Shown here piece by piece: positions 31,274-39,913 of a stretch of DNA of 61,432 bases; the first letter of the stretch is position 1; each line of letters starts with the position of its first letter. Made by a program: the position numbers and the translations under genes. The DNA is from Dehalococcoidia bacterium. GTDB taxonomy: Bacteria > Chloroflexota > Dehalococcoidia > Lucifugimonadales > UBA2985. The stretch spans positions 1 to 61,432 of the forward strand of contig CAUZMC010000004.1 of the NCBI GenBank assembly GCA_963580875.1, read 5' to 3'. The notes beneath the pieces are model-generated. The model had not been told where the DNA came from and made no database searches. It saw only the letters and a list, made by a program, of their open reading frames with translations.

Positions 31274-31666
31274 ATGACCACCAGACGAAAACCCAGGGCT
31301 AGAAGACGGGAGAAGAAGTTCGTTCCTCAGGGGAAGGTCTTTATTCAATCTACCTTCAATAACACCATAATTAGTCTTACGGACCTTCAGGGTAACCTTC
31401 TGTCGTGGGGTAGTTCTGGTACGGCAGGGTTTAAGGGCTCTAGGAAGGGTACGGCTTTTTCGGCTCAGAGAGCTGCGGAGACCGCGGCCAGAAAGGCTAT
31501 GGAGCATGGTTTGAGGCAAGTGGAGGTATACATAAAGGGACCAGGCTCAGGTCGTGAGGTTGCTATCCGCTCTCTTCAGGGGGCAGGATTGCATGTCACA
31601 ACCATAAGAGATATCACACCGATACCACATAATGGTTGTCGTCCACCAAAAAGCAGACGGGTATAG
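31274..31666 (+). CDS. rpsK: 30S ribosomal protein S11
   Basis: 130 aa, G...I..TFNNTI...TD..GN...W.S.G..GFKGSRK.T. Confidence 0.97.
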   Translation: MTTRRKPRARRREKKFVPQGKVFIQSTFNNTIISLTDLQGNLLSWGSSGTAGFKGSRKGTAFSAQRAAETAARKAMEHGLRQVEVYIKGPGSGREVAIRSLQGAGLHVTTIRDITPIPHNGCRPPKSRRV

Positions 31667-31748
31667 AAACTAAAAACTGTCCCAAGCCGTGAGGTGCCTT
31701 AGGGGATCTTCGGCAATGTGGGGTTCGAGGAATTTAGAGGGAGAAAGT

Positions 31749-32375
31749 ATGGCTAGGTATACTGATGCTGTTTGCAGGCTTTGTCGTCGCGCTGGGGTAA
31801 AACTTTTTCTAAAGGGAGAACGTTGTTTTACTCCTAAATGTGCTGTGGAGAAGCGAAAAAAACCCCCTGGAAGCCAGCCTATGAGGCGGCGGCGCATATC
31901 TGACTGGGGAACTCAGTTGAGGGAGAAACAGAAGGCACGTCAGATATACGGTGTTCTGGAGAAACAGTTTCGAATTTACTTCGGCGAGGCTCAGCGTCGC
32001 CCTGGTATGACTGGGCTGCATCTGCTGCAATTCTTAGAGGAACGCCTGGATAATGTGGCATTCCGGTTGAACTTTGCAGATTCCAGGAGCCAGGCCAGGC
32101 AGCTTGTCAGTCATGGACATATCATGGTCAACGATCGTAAGGTAGATATCCCATCTTATCGAGTCAAAGTGGACGACGTGGTGGTATGGAAGGAGTCCAG
32201 TAAGGAGACTGTTTTGTTTGCCCAGATGGCGGGGGATATTCCTAGGAGGCCTTTGCCAAACTGGCTTAGCCTTGATACAGAGAAAATGGCAGGGCGAGTG
32301 ATTGCTCTCCCTGAACCATCCGAAATAGATACAGGAATAGACGTGAGGCTGGTAGTAGAGCACTACTCCAGATAG
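31749..32375 (+). CDS. rpsD: 30S ribosomal protein S4
   Basis: MARYTDAVCRLCRRAG at internal ATG 31749 with GGAG upstream. C-terminal S4 RNA-binding domain. Confidence 0.95.
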   Translation: MARYTDAVCRLCRRAGVKLFLKGERCFTPKCAVEKRKKPPGSQPMRRRRISDWGTQLREKQKARQIYGVLEKQFRIYFGEAQRRPGMTGLHLLQFLEERLDNVAFRLNFADSRSQARQLVSHGHIMVNDRKVDIPSYRVKVDDVVVWKESSKETVLFAQMAGDIPRRPLPNWLSLDTEKMAGRVIALPEPSEIDTGIDVRLVVEHYSR

Positions 32376-32390
32376 CGGAGGAATACTTAT

Positions 32391-33422
32391 ATGATGCAAA
32401 TAGGAATGGTATTGGAAGAGATTCCGAGACCGGAAATCAGTGTAATTGAAACCAGGGATAACTATGGCAAATTTGCGATTGGTCCACTGGAACCAGGGTA
32501 TGGAACCACGCTTGGAAATCCCATGCGCAGGGTGCTCCTTACCTCAATCCCAGGAACTGCGGTGACATGGGTTAAAATAGAGGGGATTCTTCACGAGTTC
32601 TCTACTATCGATCACATGAAGGAAGATGTGGCCGAATTCCTGATTAACCTTAAGGCAATTCGCTTGAAGGCGTTGACGGAGCGGTCTGGAAAGCTGCGCT
32701 TGGAGATAGCTAGAGAAGGATCAGTGACAGCGGGAGACATCAGTGTTTCCTCAGACTTTGAGGTAGTTAATCCTGAGCTTCATTTGGCTACTCTTGATTC
32801 TGCGGAAGGAATGCTCTCTGTTGAGTTGAACGTGGAACAGGGCAAGGGGTATGTACCCGGAAGCCATACCGATGGTCTGCCTATAGGAGTTCTTCCAGTT
32901 GATGCCATTTTCAGCCCTGTGCGCAAGGTGAATTTCATTGTGGAGAACACTCGTGTTGGACAAACCACCAACTATGAGAGACTTATCATGGATGTATGGA
33001 CTGACGGTAGTGTTAGTGCAGTGGCTGCGGTGAAGAAAGGAGCGGAACTTCTGATGGAACAGTTCTTCCTCTTTGCCAATGCTGACAAGGCTGGAGAGGG
33101 TACGGTTGAGAGACCGTCTTTCACGGCAACCATTCCAATGGAACAATACAATACTCCAATAGAGAAGTTGGAACTTTCTTCCCGCACCCTCAACTGTCTC
33201 AAGAGGAGCAATCTCAATAAAATAGGACAGGTATTGGAGATAGATCAATCAGACCTTCTGAAGCTAAGAAATTTCGGCACCAAATCCATGGATGAGTTGA
33301 ATGACAAACTCAAGATGTACGGATTCATTAATGACGAATCTGAATCTAGTGACAACTCAGATGGAGATGGCATCTTTCTGAATGACGATGGCGGGGAAGC
33401 CACCACTGTAGAGGAACTATGA
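32391..33422 (+). CDS. rpoA: DNA-directed RNA polymerase subunit alpha (acidic C-terminal tail)
   Basis: 343 aa, NTD (GPLEPGYGTTLGNPMRRVLL) and CTD (LELSSRTLNCLKRSNL..IG.L) motifs. Confidence 0.97.
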   Translation: MMQIGMVLEEIPRPEISVIETRDNYGKFAIGPLEPGYGTTLGNPMRRVLLTSIPGTAVTWVKIEGILHEFSTIDHMKEDVAEFLINLKAIRLKALTERSGKLRLEIAREGSVTAGDISVSSDFEVVNPELHLATLDSAEGMLSVELNVEQGKGYVPGSHTDGLPIGVLPVDAIFSPVRKVNFIVENTRVGQTTNYERLIMDVWTDGSVSAVAAVKKGAELLMEQFFLFANADKAGEGTVERPSFTATIPMEQYNTPIEKLELSSRTLNCLKRSNLNKIGQVLEIDQSDLLKLRNFGTKSMDELNDKLKMYGFINDESESSDNSDGDGIFLNDDGGEATTVEEL

Positions 33423-33772
33423 GACACGGAGTATCTGGTCGAAAGCTTAGTCGAGGAACGGGCCCGCGGATGTTGATGTTCCGCACACAGGTGACTGACC
33501 TTATTCGCCATGAGCGCATTCGGACAACGGAAGCCAAGGCGAAAGAGGTGCAGGGCATGGTTGAGAAGGTGATTACATTGGGTAAAAAGGGAAGCTTGAA
33601 TCATCGCCGTCAGGCTCTAGCGTTCATAACAGATGAAAACATCGTGCGCAAGGTCTTTGATGATCTTGCACCACGCTATTCCACCAGGACCGGTGGATAC
33701 ACCCGTTTGGTGAGAATGGAGCCCAGAAAAGGCGACGGGGCATCTATGGCCCTTCTGGAATTGCTTCAATGA
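33419..33772 (+). CDS. rplQ: 50S ribosomal protein L17
   Basis: 117 aa, MRHGVSGRKL.R....R......L...L..HERI.TT..KAKE. Confidence 0.96.
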   Translation: MRHGVSGRKLSRGTGPRMLMFRTQVTDLIRHERIRTTEAKAKEVQGMVEKVITLGKKGSLNHRRQALAFITDENIVRKVFDDLAPRYSTRTGGYTRLVRMEPRKGDGASMALLELLQ

Positions 33773-34623
33773 GCTTAGGCACTAGAGATGGCATGCATAC
33801 AGAGCTTGATGACTTTCGTAGACTCGCTATGCTGGTTGAGTACGATGGTGCTGGATACCACGGCTTTCAAGCTCAGGATAATGCTACGTCCGTTCAAGAG
33901 ACACTGGAAGAGGCCATTTTCAGACTCACTGGGGAACGTCTTCGTATTAAGGGAGCAGGTCGAACGGACGCCGGCGTGCATGCCAAAGAACAAGTGGTGG
34001 CTTTTGATACCTGGGCCACGTATGCCCCAGAAGTATTCGTGCAGGCCATAAATAGCTACCTGCCAGGAGATATCTCAATAAAGGACGCGCAGGAGGTTTC
34101 TCTAGACTTTGATCCCAGAAGAGGGGCTATAAGCAGGGAATATCGTTACCAAATCTTTAATAGCGCCACTCCTTCACCACTTCTTCAGGGGTTCGTGCAC
34201 CACATTAGACAGCCATTGGACATAGAAGCTATGATGGAAGCGGCTAAACTCTTGGAAGGTGAGATGGATTTTGCGCCCTTTGCCAGTGTGTCATCCGATG
34301 GCTGGGTGAACACAAGGCGAGTGGTATTCAAGTGCTCTATAAGCAGCAATAAGAATATGGTGTTTTTGGACATGGTTGCAAATGGCTTCCTGCGGCAACA
34401 GGTACGTCGCACGGCGGGTGCTCTACTGGAAGTCGGACTTGGGAGACTGGACCTACATGGGTTTATGGACCTGGCTAAATGTGGTAAGCTCGGAGCCGTC
34501 ACATGGGTTCTTCCTGCGAAGGGACTGACATTGATGAAAGTAAATTATCCGATTCAGGTGTTCTCTTACAGTAAAACAGTGGATGTGCGGGAACACGCGA
34601 TCGTTGAGGTAAGTGCTGTATGA
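33769..34623 (+). CDS. truA: tRNA pseudouridine(38-40) synthase
   Basis: 284 aa, YDGAGYHGFQ.Q and GAGRTDAGVHA catalytic Asp motif. Confidence 0.93.
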   Translation: MSLGTRDGMHTELDDFRRLAMLVEYDGAGYHGFQAQDNATSVQETLEEAIFRLTGERLRIKGAGRTDAGVHAKEQVVAFDTWATYAPEVFVQAINSYLPGDISIKDAQEVSLDFDPRRGAISREYRYQIFNSATPSPLLQGFVHHIRQPLDIEAMMEAAKLLEGEMDFAPFASVSSDGWVNTRRVVFKCSISSNKNMVFLDMVANGFLRQQVRRTAGALLEVGLGRLDLHGFMDLAKCGKLGAVTWVLPAKGLTLMKVNYPIQVFSYSKTVDVREHAIVEVSAV

Positions 34624-35189
34624 AAACTATGAAGACGTATACTACCAAACCATCCCATGTTGAGTCTGGATGGCTTGTATTCGATGCTGCGGACAAAATT
34701 TTGGGCCGTTTGGCCACGGAGGTAAGCGGTCTGCTTCAGGGAAAGCACAAGCCAATCTACGCTAGGAACATTTTGACAGGAGACCACATTATTGTGGTAA
34801 ATGCCTCCAGAATAAAAGTGACTGGTAATAAGCTTGAAGAGAAGCTATACCGTCGCCACAGTCATTATCCTGGGGGATTACGTGAGACTACCATGGCTAG
34901 GATGAAAGAGAATCACCCTGACCGCATCTTTAGAGCTGCTGTCAAAGGTATGTTGCCCAAGACTATTCTAGGCCGCCAGATGCTTAGCCGTCTCAAGATA
35001 TACGCCGGTGATGTTCACCCACATGGGGCGCAGGTGAAAGAGTTGGCCAGCGAAGTGATACGGGTTGTGCCGTTAGAGACGGAGAGACCTGTGCTGGCAG
35101 ATATCAAAGTGAGTGAACAACCCCTCGAGGCGGTTCTTGAGAAAACCACTGAGGTCGAGGAATACGCCGAAAATAAGGTAGAGAATTAA
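34620..35189 (+). CDS. rplM: 50S ribosomal protein L13 with about 45-aa acidic C-terminal extension
   Basis: W.V.DA....LGRLA......L.GKHKP.Y core, followed by tail ...EKTTEVEEYAENKVEN. Confidence 0.95.
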   Translation: MKTMKTYTTKPSHVESGWLVFDAADKILGRLATEVSGLLQGKHKPIYARNILTGDHIIVVNASRIKVTGNKLEEKLYRRHSHYPGGLRETTMARMKENHPDRIFRAAVKGMLPKTILGRQMLSRLKIYAGDVHPHGAQVKELASEVIRVVPLETERPVLADIKVSEQPLEAVLEKTTEVEEYAENKVEN

Positions 35190-35190
35190 C

Positions 35191-35586
35191 ATGACAGAAC
35201 AACACTACTACTACGGAACTGGGAAAAGGAAAACTGCAGTGGCCCAAGTCAGGTTGTATCCTGGTCGCGGGGAGTTTTCAATAGATGGCAAGTCACTAGA
35301 GGACGCCTTCCCATGGCCTGCATGGCAGTCCACCATTCTGGAGCCGATGAAGGTTACCGATAATGAAAGTAAATTCAGTGTTGTTGCCAAACTCCACGGT
35401 GGTGGTGTAACCAGCCAGGCTGGTGCACTGCGACATGGCATTACACGCGCTCTTCTCCTTGCCGATGGAGAACTCAGAGCAGTTCTTAAGAAGCATGGTT
35501 TTATTACAAGAGACTCTCGCATTAAAGAGAGCAAGAAGTACGGTCTCAAACGTGCCCGTAGAGCTCCTCAGTACACCAAACGATAG
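35191..35586 (+). CDS. rpsI: 30S ribosomal protein S9
   Basis: 131 aa, GTGKRKTAVA.V.L..G.G...I and C-terminal ...RRAPQYTKR. Confidence 0.97.
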   Translation: MTEQHYYYGTGKRKTAVAQVRLYPGRGEFSIDGKSLEDAFPWPAWQSTILEPMKVTDNESKFSVVAKLHGGGVTSQAGALRHGITRALLLADGELRAVLKKHGFITRDSRIKESKKYGLKRARRAPQYTKR

Positions 35587-35648
35587 TCTTTTCGTGGCAT
35601 ATGTGAAGTAACTTCTGCTATTGTGCCTGGCTTAGTGCGTTATTTCCG

Positions 35649-36132
35649 GTGAGGTTCTACGTATATATCTCAGTGAGGCTTGATGGATACGTGGTGAGTG
35701 CCGACGGCAACATTGCATGGTTTGATTTCTCCTAGGCTGAGAACTACTGTTACAACGACTTCATCCAAGAGTTTGATGGCTTTGTCATTTGCTGTGTATC
35801 TTTCGAGTGAACTCTCTGATTTGGCAATTGGCAATATCACGGAAATAACATATTCGTGTTCACGTCGGAGTTGATAGAGGCTTCGGTTCTGTGGTATTAC
35901 CCATCACTTGGCAGAGAGCATTGCGAGGCTTCTTGAACACCTCTAAGGGAATGGGCTTCTCTGTACTATATATGGCTGGGGTTTGTGCGGGACGAAATGC
36001 GTCTTCTGTGAACTTGGCGCTGTGGATGTCTATGGGGCATATGTGATGGCAGTGCTTTTGGAAATCGGCATTCCTTTGTCAGTGGGTAGTGATGACCGGC
36101 ATTTATTGACTTCTCAAGTGTTCTCAGTTTAG
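35649..36132 (+). pseudogene. decayed dihydrofolate-reductase-family (RibD C-terminal domain-like) gene
   Basis: The frame from GTG 35649 reads VRFYVYISVRLDGYVVSADGNIAWFDFS*AENYCYNDFIQEFDGFVICCVSFE*TL*FGNWQYHGNNIFVFTSE... Family-like blocks (SxSLDGY, DG..DW, GR.TYE-like, WPY..vfVfS, and later AVLLEIGIPL) are retained. At least 4 in-frame stops and a later frameshift are present. Confidence 0.6.
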
Positions 36133-36520
36133 GTTGTGGGGACCTGGAGCTACAGGTAGCAGATTTCGGTATTTTGGACGTAGTGGATATAATTAGCTTT
36201 GTAATCGGTGGATTTTTACTTTTTGATCGCGTTGCCTCTCCGTATCCCACATTACCATTTGGTTCAGTGAGCCTGTGGGGTGTTGATGCCGACGTTGGGT
36301 CTGTTGCTTGGTGTCAGCGATGCGCAGATTCATCTGCATAATACCTTAGGTCGTGATAAACTATGTTGTGTTATGGTTTCTACCATAGGTTCAAGGCATA
36401 CTATACAATTAACAAACGAGCCTTGAAATACTGTTGCCTATTATGCTCGAGGCATGGAAAAGTGTGGAAGTTGTCGGCCTGAATGGACTTACCATCCGGG
36501 TTGTGAAAATAAAAAGATAA
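36132..36520 (+). pseudogene. decayed short-form NfeD-like gene upstream of the SPFH gene
   Basis: An open hydrophobic stretch without a good start (VADFGILDVVDIISFVIGGFLLFD...) comes first. OB-domain-like pieces follow, split across frames: ...GSRHTIQLTNEP[TGA]NTVAYYARGMEK, then VEVVGLNGLTIRVVKIKR*. The TGA sits where NfeD proteins have the conserved Trp (GE.W.A). Confidence 0.4.
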
Positions 36521-36530
36521 AGGAGGCAGC

Positions 36531-37388
36531 ATGGTATTCTGGAGAATAGTCAACCAGTACGAGCGTATGGTGATCTTGCGCTTTGGCAATCTCATAGGAG
36601 TGAGAGGGCCTGGCATAAGATTTGTGATTCCATTTATTGATAAGCCTATCAAAGTAGATATACGTGAGCAGGTTGATCGTGTACCTACGCAGAAATACAT
36701 CACTGCAGACAACGTGGTTGTGGACATGGACTTCGTTATTTACTATAGGGTCCTTGAGGATCATGTGGATAAGGCGCTCTTGGAGATAGAGAATTTCAGA
36801 GTAGCCACGATAAATCTGTCCTTTGCTACTCTCAGGGCTGTCATCGGGTCTACCACATTGTCTGAAGCACTGTCAGAGAGGGAGAAGATTCGCGATCAGC
36901 TTCAGATGCGCATGGACGAGGTTACTGGCCGTTGGGGCGTCAAGGTGAGCCAGGTGGAGATTAACGAGATAGACCCGCCACCCGGTGTGCAGGCCGCTAT
37001 GGAGCGAGAGAAGTCAGCTTCTGCCATAAAGACAGCGGAGATTACCGAGTCAGAGGGTGCCCGCCAAGCCGCGATCAACCGTGCGGAAGGTGAGAAACAA
37101 GGTGCCATTCTGAGGGCTGAAGGAGCAAGGCAGTCCGAAATTCTGACCGCCGAGGGAGATCAGCAGGCGGCTATCCTGCGAGCTGAGGGTTTCAGTACGG
37201 CCTTAGCTAGGATAAACTCCGTTGCTCAGAGTGCTGACGCCAGGACGATGAGTCTTCAGTACTTCGAGACTCTGAAGGACCTAGGAAGCGGCCCGGCCAC
37301 CAAATTCATATTCCCAATGGAATTCACCAGCATGATCAAGTCTTTTGTGAGTTCCTCCACCCAGCCGCCTACCAACGATGCTGAGTAG
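36531..37388 (+). CDS. SPFH/band-7 (stomatin-like) protein lacking an N-terminal membrane anchor
   Basis: 285 aa, V.QYER.V..RFG......GPG..FVIPFID....VD.R, C-terminal AEGxxQxAILRAEG repeats. AAGGAGG RBS. An in-frame stop 7 codons upstream excludes an N-terminal TM helix. Confidence 0.88.
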   Translation: MVFWRIVNQYERMVILRFGNLIGVRGPGIRFVIPFIDKPIKVDIREQVDRVPTQKYITADNVVVDMDFVIYYRVLEDHVDKALLEIENFRVATINLSFATLRAVIGSTTLSEALSEREKIRDQLQMRMDEVTGRWGVKVSQVEINEIDPPPGVQAAMEREKSASAIKTAEITESEGARQAAINRAEGEKQGAILRAEGARQSEILTAEGDQQAAILRAEGFSTALARINSVAQSADARTMSLQYFETLKDLGSGPATKFIFPMEFTSMIKSFVSSSTQPPTNDAE

Positions 37389-37403
37389 CCACAGTCTGAA
37401 ATG

Positions 37404-39839
37404 CTAGCTTATCTCTCCTTGTGGAGATGATGCAAAGGTTGATAGGTTTTGTGCCAGTGCATTGTGTTGTGCCAATTCCAGTTTGGGGTCCTCTTTTAAA
37501 AGGGCCGATGCTTCTTGGCGGGCCAAGGCCAAGAGGTCTTGATCGGAGAGGCGGGCCATGCGCAGATCTGGCAGGCCGCTCTGCCGTGTGCCGAAGTAGT
37601 CTCCAGGGCCTCTGAACCGCAGGTCCTCTTCAGCCACGGCAAATCCGTCGCTTATACGTTCCATGACCTCAAGTCGTTCCTGCGCCTCTGGCGACGGATT
37701 ATCGGACATCAAAAGGCAACGGCTTTGGTGCTCACCTCTACCAACGCGGCCACGGAACTGGTGCAACTGTGCAAGGCCAAAGCGGTCCGCTCCTTCTATT
37801 AAGATGACAGTGGCATTGGGGTTGTCGATTCCCACCTCTATTACTGGAGTAGATACAAGTATATCCATGTCTCCGCGCTGGAAACGGGACATTATCTCTT
37901 CCTTTTCCTTGAATGGCATACGGCCGTGGAGCAGTCCCAGAGACAGGTCTGGAAACACATCAGTTGAAAGGTGTTTGAATTCTGTGATAGCGGCACGGGC
38001 CTGAATCACCTCAGATTCCTCAATGAAGGGGCAGACAATAAAAGCTTGCCGTCCCTGCCTTATTTCACGGCTAATGAATTCGTAGGCGCTGCGGCGTTGT
38101 TTAGGTGCGACCCATTTGGTCTGAATTACCTGGCGGCCCGGTGGTAACTCATCCAGAAGTGACAGGTCTAGGTCACCATACAGTGTGAGAGCCAGTGATC
38201 GAGGTATTGGTGTGGCGGACATGACCAGCAGGTGAGGTGTACCGCCCTTCTGACGTAAAGAGGCACGCTGCATGACTCCAAAGCGGTGCTGCTCGTCCAC
38301 AACTGCAAGGGCTAGGCGCGGAATCTCAACACCTTTCTGTGCAAGGGCGTGAGTTCCCACGACCATATCGAGAGTGCCCTGACCTAGCATTTCTTGAATT
38401 TCCCTCTTCTGCTTAGCGCTGTGACTGCCTATGAGGATACCAACGGAAAATGGGCGTGGAAAGCCAGCGAGTTGGAATGAGCACCAGCTCCCATGGCTTT
38501 CAGGATTTGGTATCCCGTTGAGAAGCAGGGATATATTGTTGAAGTGCTGTTGTGCCAGGATTTCAGTCGGGGCCATGAACGCGCCTTGATAGCCGTTGGC
38601 TACAGTGGAGAGTAGGGCTGCCAAAGCCACCGCTGTCTTGCCACTACCTACATCTCCCTGAAGCAAACGGCTCATCGGTCGTTCTTGCTCCATGTCCCCG
38701 AGTATTTCGCTTATGGCTTTCTCTTGCGCACCGGTCAAGGTAAAAGATAGTCTAGAAAAGAAGGCATTGAGCGTTTCCTGGTTTTTTGGTAATGGGATGG
38801 CATTCATGGTATCTCGCCACTCCAGGCGCCGTGAGAAGACATAGAGTTGTATCATAAACAACTCATCGAAAGCTAGGCGTCGTCTGGCCGCGTCCTTGCT
38901 TTCTTCGTCTTGTGGATAGTGAGCCTGATATATGGCTTGCGGGAGTTCCATCAATCCAGTCCGTTTACGGGCTGTCTCTGTTAAAGAGTCTTCAATGTGT
39001 GGGCTCCAGGTATCCAGGGCATCCTTGATCAGACGGCGCACTGTACGTGGCGTGAGTCCATCGGTAAGGGGGTACAGTGGGACGAGTCGTCCGGTATGTA
39101 TAAGTTCTTCACCCTCACGAAGCACTTCGTACTCAGGTGATTCCATTACCCTGTCATTCCTGAAGATGCTTAGCTTGCCGCTGAGTACTAAGCGTGAGCC
39201 CGGTTTGAATTGTTTGGCCAGATAGGGTTGGTTGAACCATACCACCCGTACATTTCCAGTATCGTCACCAACAACTGCTTGAGTAGCTTTGAGGCGCCCT
39301 CCCATTAATACTTCTCTGGCTTCCCACACATTGACCGTCACAGTTTGCTCCACGTCCATCTCAAGCTGGGATACTTTGCAGAGTTTTCCAAAGTCGTTGT
39401 GGCGCCGTGGGAAGAGATAAAGGAGGTCTCGTATGGTGGTCACTCCAAGACGTTTTAGCCGGGCGGCTTGAGTGGTGGTAACCCGTGGGAGTACTGTTAC
39501 GTGAGAAGCTAGTGAGTGGCTTGTGTCTGGCCACTGCTCTTTGCGACGGGATGATTTGGAGGGCTCTGCTCTCTGTTTTGGAGTGGCAATTTGTTTGGAA
39601 GGAGATTTTGGACTTGCTTCCAGTAATTTCAACGTGCCTTCAATCCATCTCTTTCGCTGTGCACCAGTCATATAGGCATAGCCTATAGAAGGTATATCTA
39701 TGATTGGGCCAACCGATGATTTTTCAATCCTGCGCGTTAGGAAGCGATCGAGCCCACCGAACACGGTAGTATCATTGAAGCCCCTCTGTTTCTCCATGGA
39801 GAGTATTTTTTTCAGGGTGTCCAAGTCTGAGTGTTGCAT
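37404..39839 (-). CDS. recG: ATP-dependent DNA helicase RecG
   Basis: 811 aa. Wedge domain plus SF2 helicase motifs (GDVGSGKT, DEQHRFG, SATPIPR, QLHQFRGRVGRG). Confidence 0.95.
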   Translation of the reverse strand: MQHSDLDTLKKILSMEKQRGFNDTTVFGGLDRFLTRRIEKSSVGPIIDIPSIGYAYMTGAQRKRWIEGTLKLLEASPKSPSKQIATPKQRAEPSKSSRRKEQWPDTSHSLASHVTVLPRVTTTQAARLKRLGVTTIRDLLYLFPRRHNDFGKLCKVSQLEMDVEQTVTVNVWEAREVLMGGRLKATQAVVGDDTGNVRVVWFNQPYLAKQFKPGSRLVLSGKLSIFRNDRVMESPEYEVLREGEELIHTGRLVPLYPLTDGLTPRTVRRLIKDALDTWSPHIEDSLTETARKRTGLMELPQAIYQAHYPQDEESKDAARRRLAFDELFMIQLYVFSRRLEWRDTMNAIPLPKNQETLNAFFSRLSFTLTGAQEKAISEILGDMEQERPMSRLLQGDVGSGKTAVALAALLSTVANGYQGAFMAPTEILAQQHFNNISLLLNGIPNPESHGSWCSFQLAGFPRPFSVGILIGSHSAKQKREIQEMLGQGTLDMVVGTHALAQKGVEIPRLALAVVDEQHRFGVMQRASLRQKGGTPHLLVMSATPIPRSLALTLYGDLDLSLLDELPPGRQVIQTKWVAPKQRRSAYEFISREIRQGRQAFIVCPFIEESEVIQARAAITEFKHLSTDVFPDLSLGLLHGRMPFKEKEEIMSRFQRGDMDILVSTPVIEVGIDNPNATVILIEGADRFGLAQLHQFRGRVGRGEHQSRCLLMSDNPSPEAQERLEVMERISDGFAVAEEDLRFRGPGDYFGTRQSGLPDLRMARLSDQDLLALARQEASALLKEDPKLELAQHNALAQNLSTFASSPQGEIS

Positions 39840-39913
39840 ACCAGAATGTACAGATGTGGTCTAGGGTGCGTTTGCTTCTTGCCATTGCCTGGAGATTGCA
39901 GCCTGTGAGGTCC

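Noticed and set aside
35966-36250. 94-aa minus-strand ORF in the rpsI-SPFH gap.
   Set aside because: It has Pro/Arg/Ser/His-rich composition. It lies opposite the DHFR-like and NfeD-like remnants, which explain the region better.
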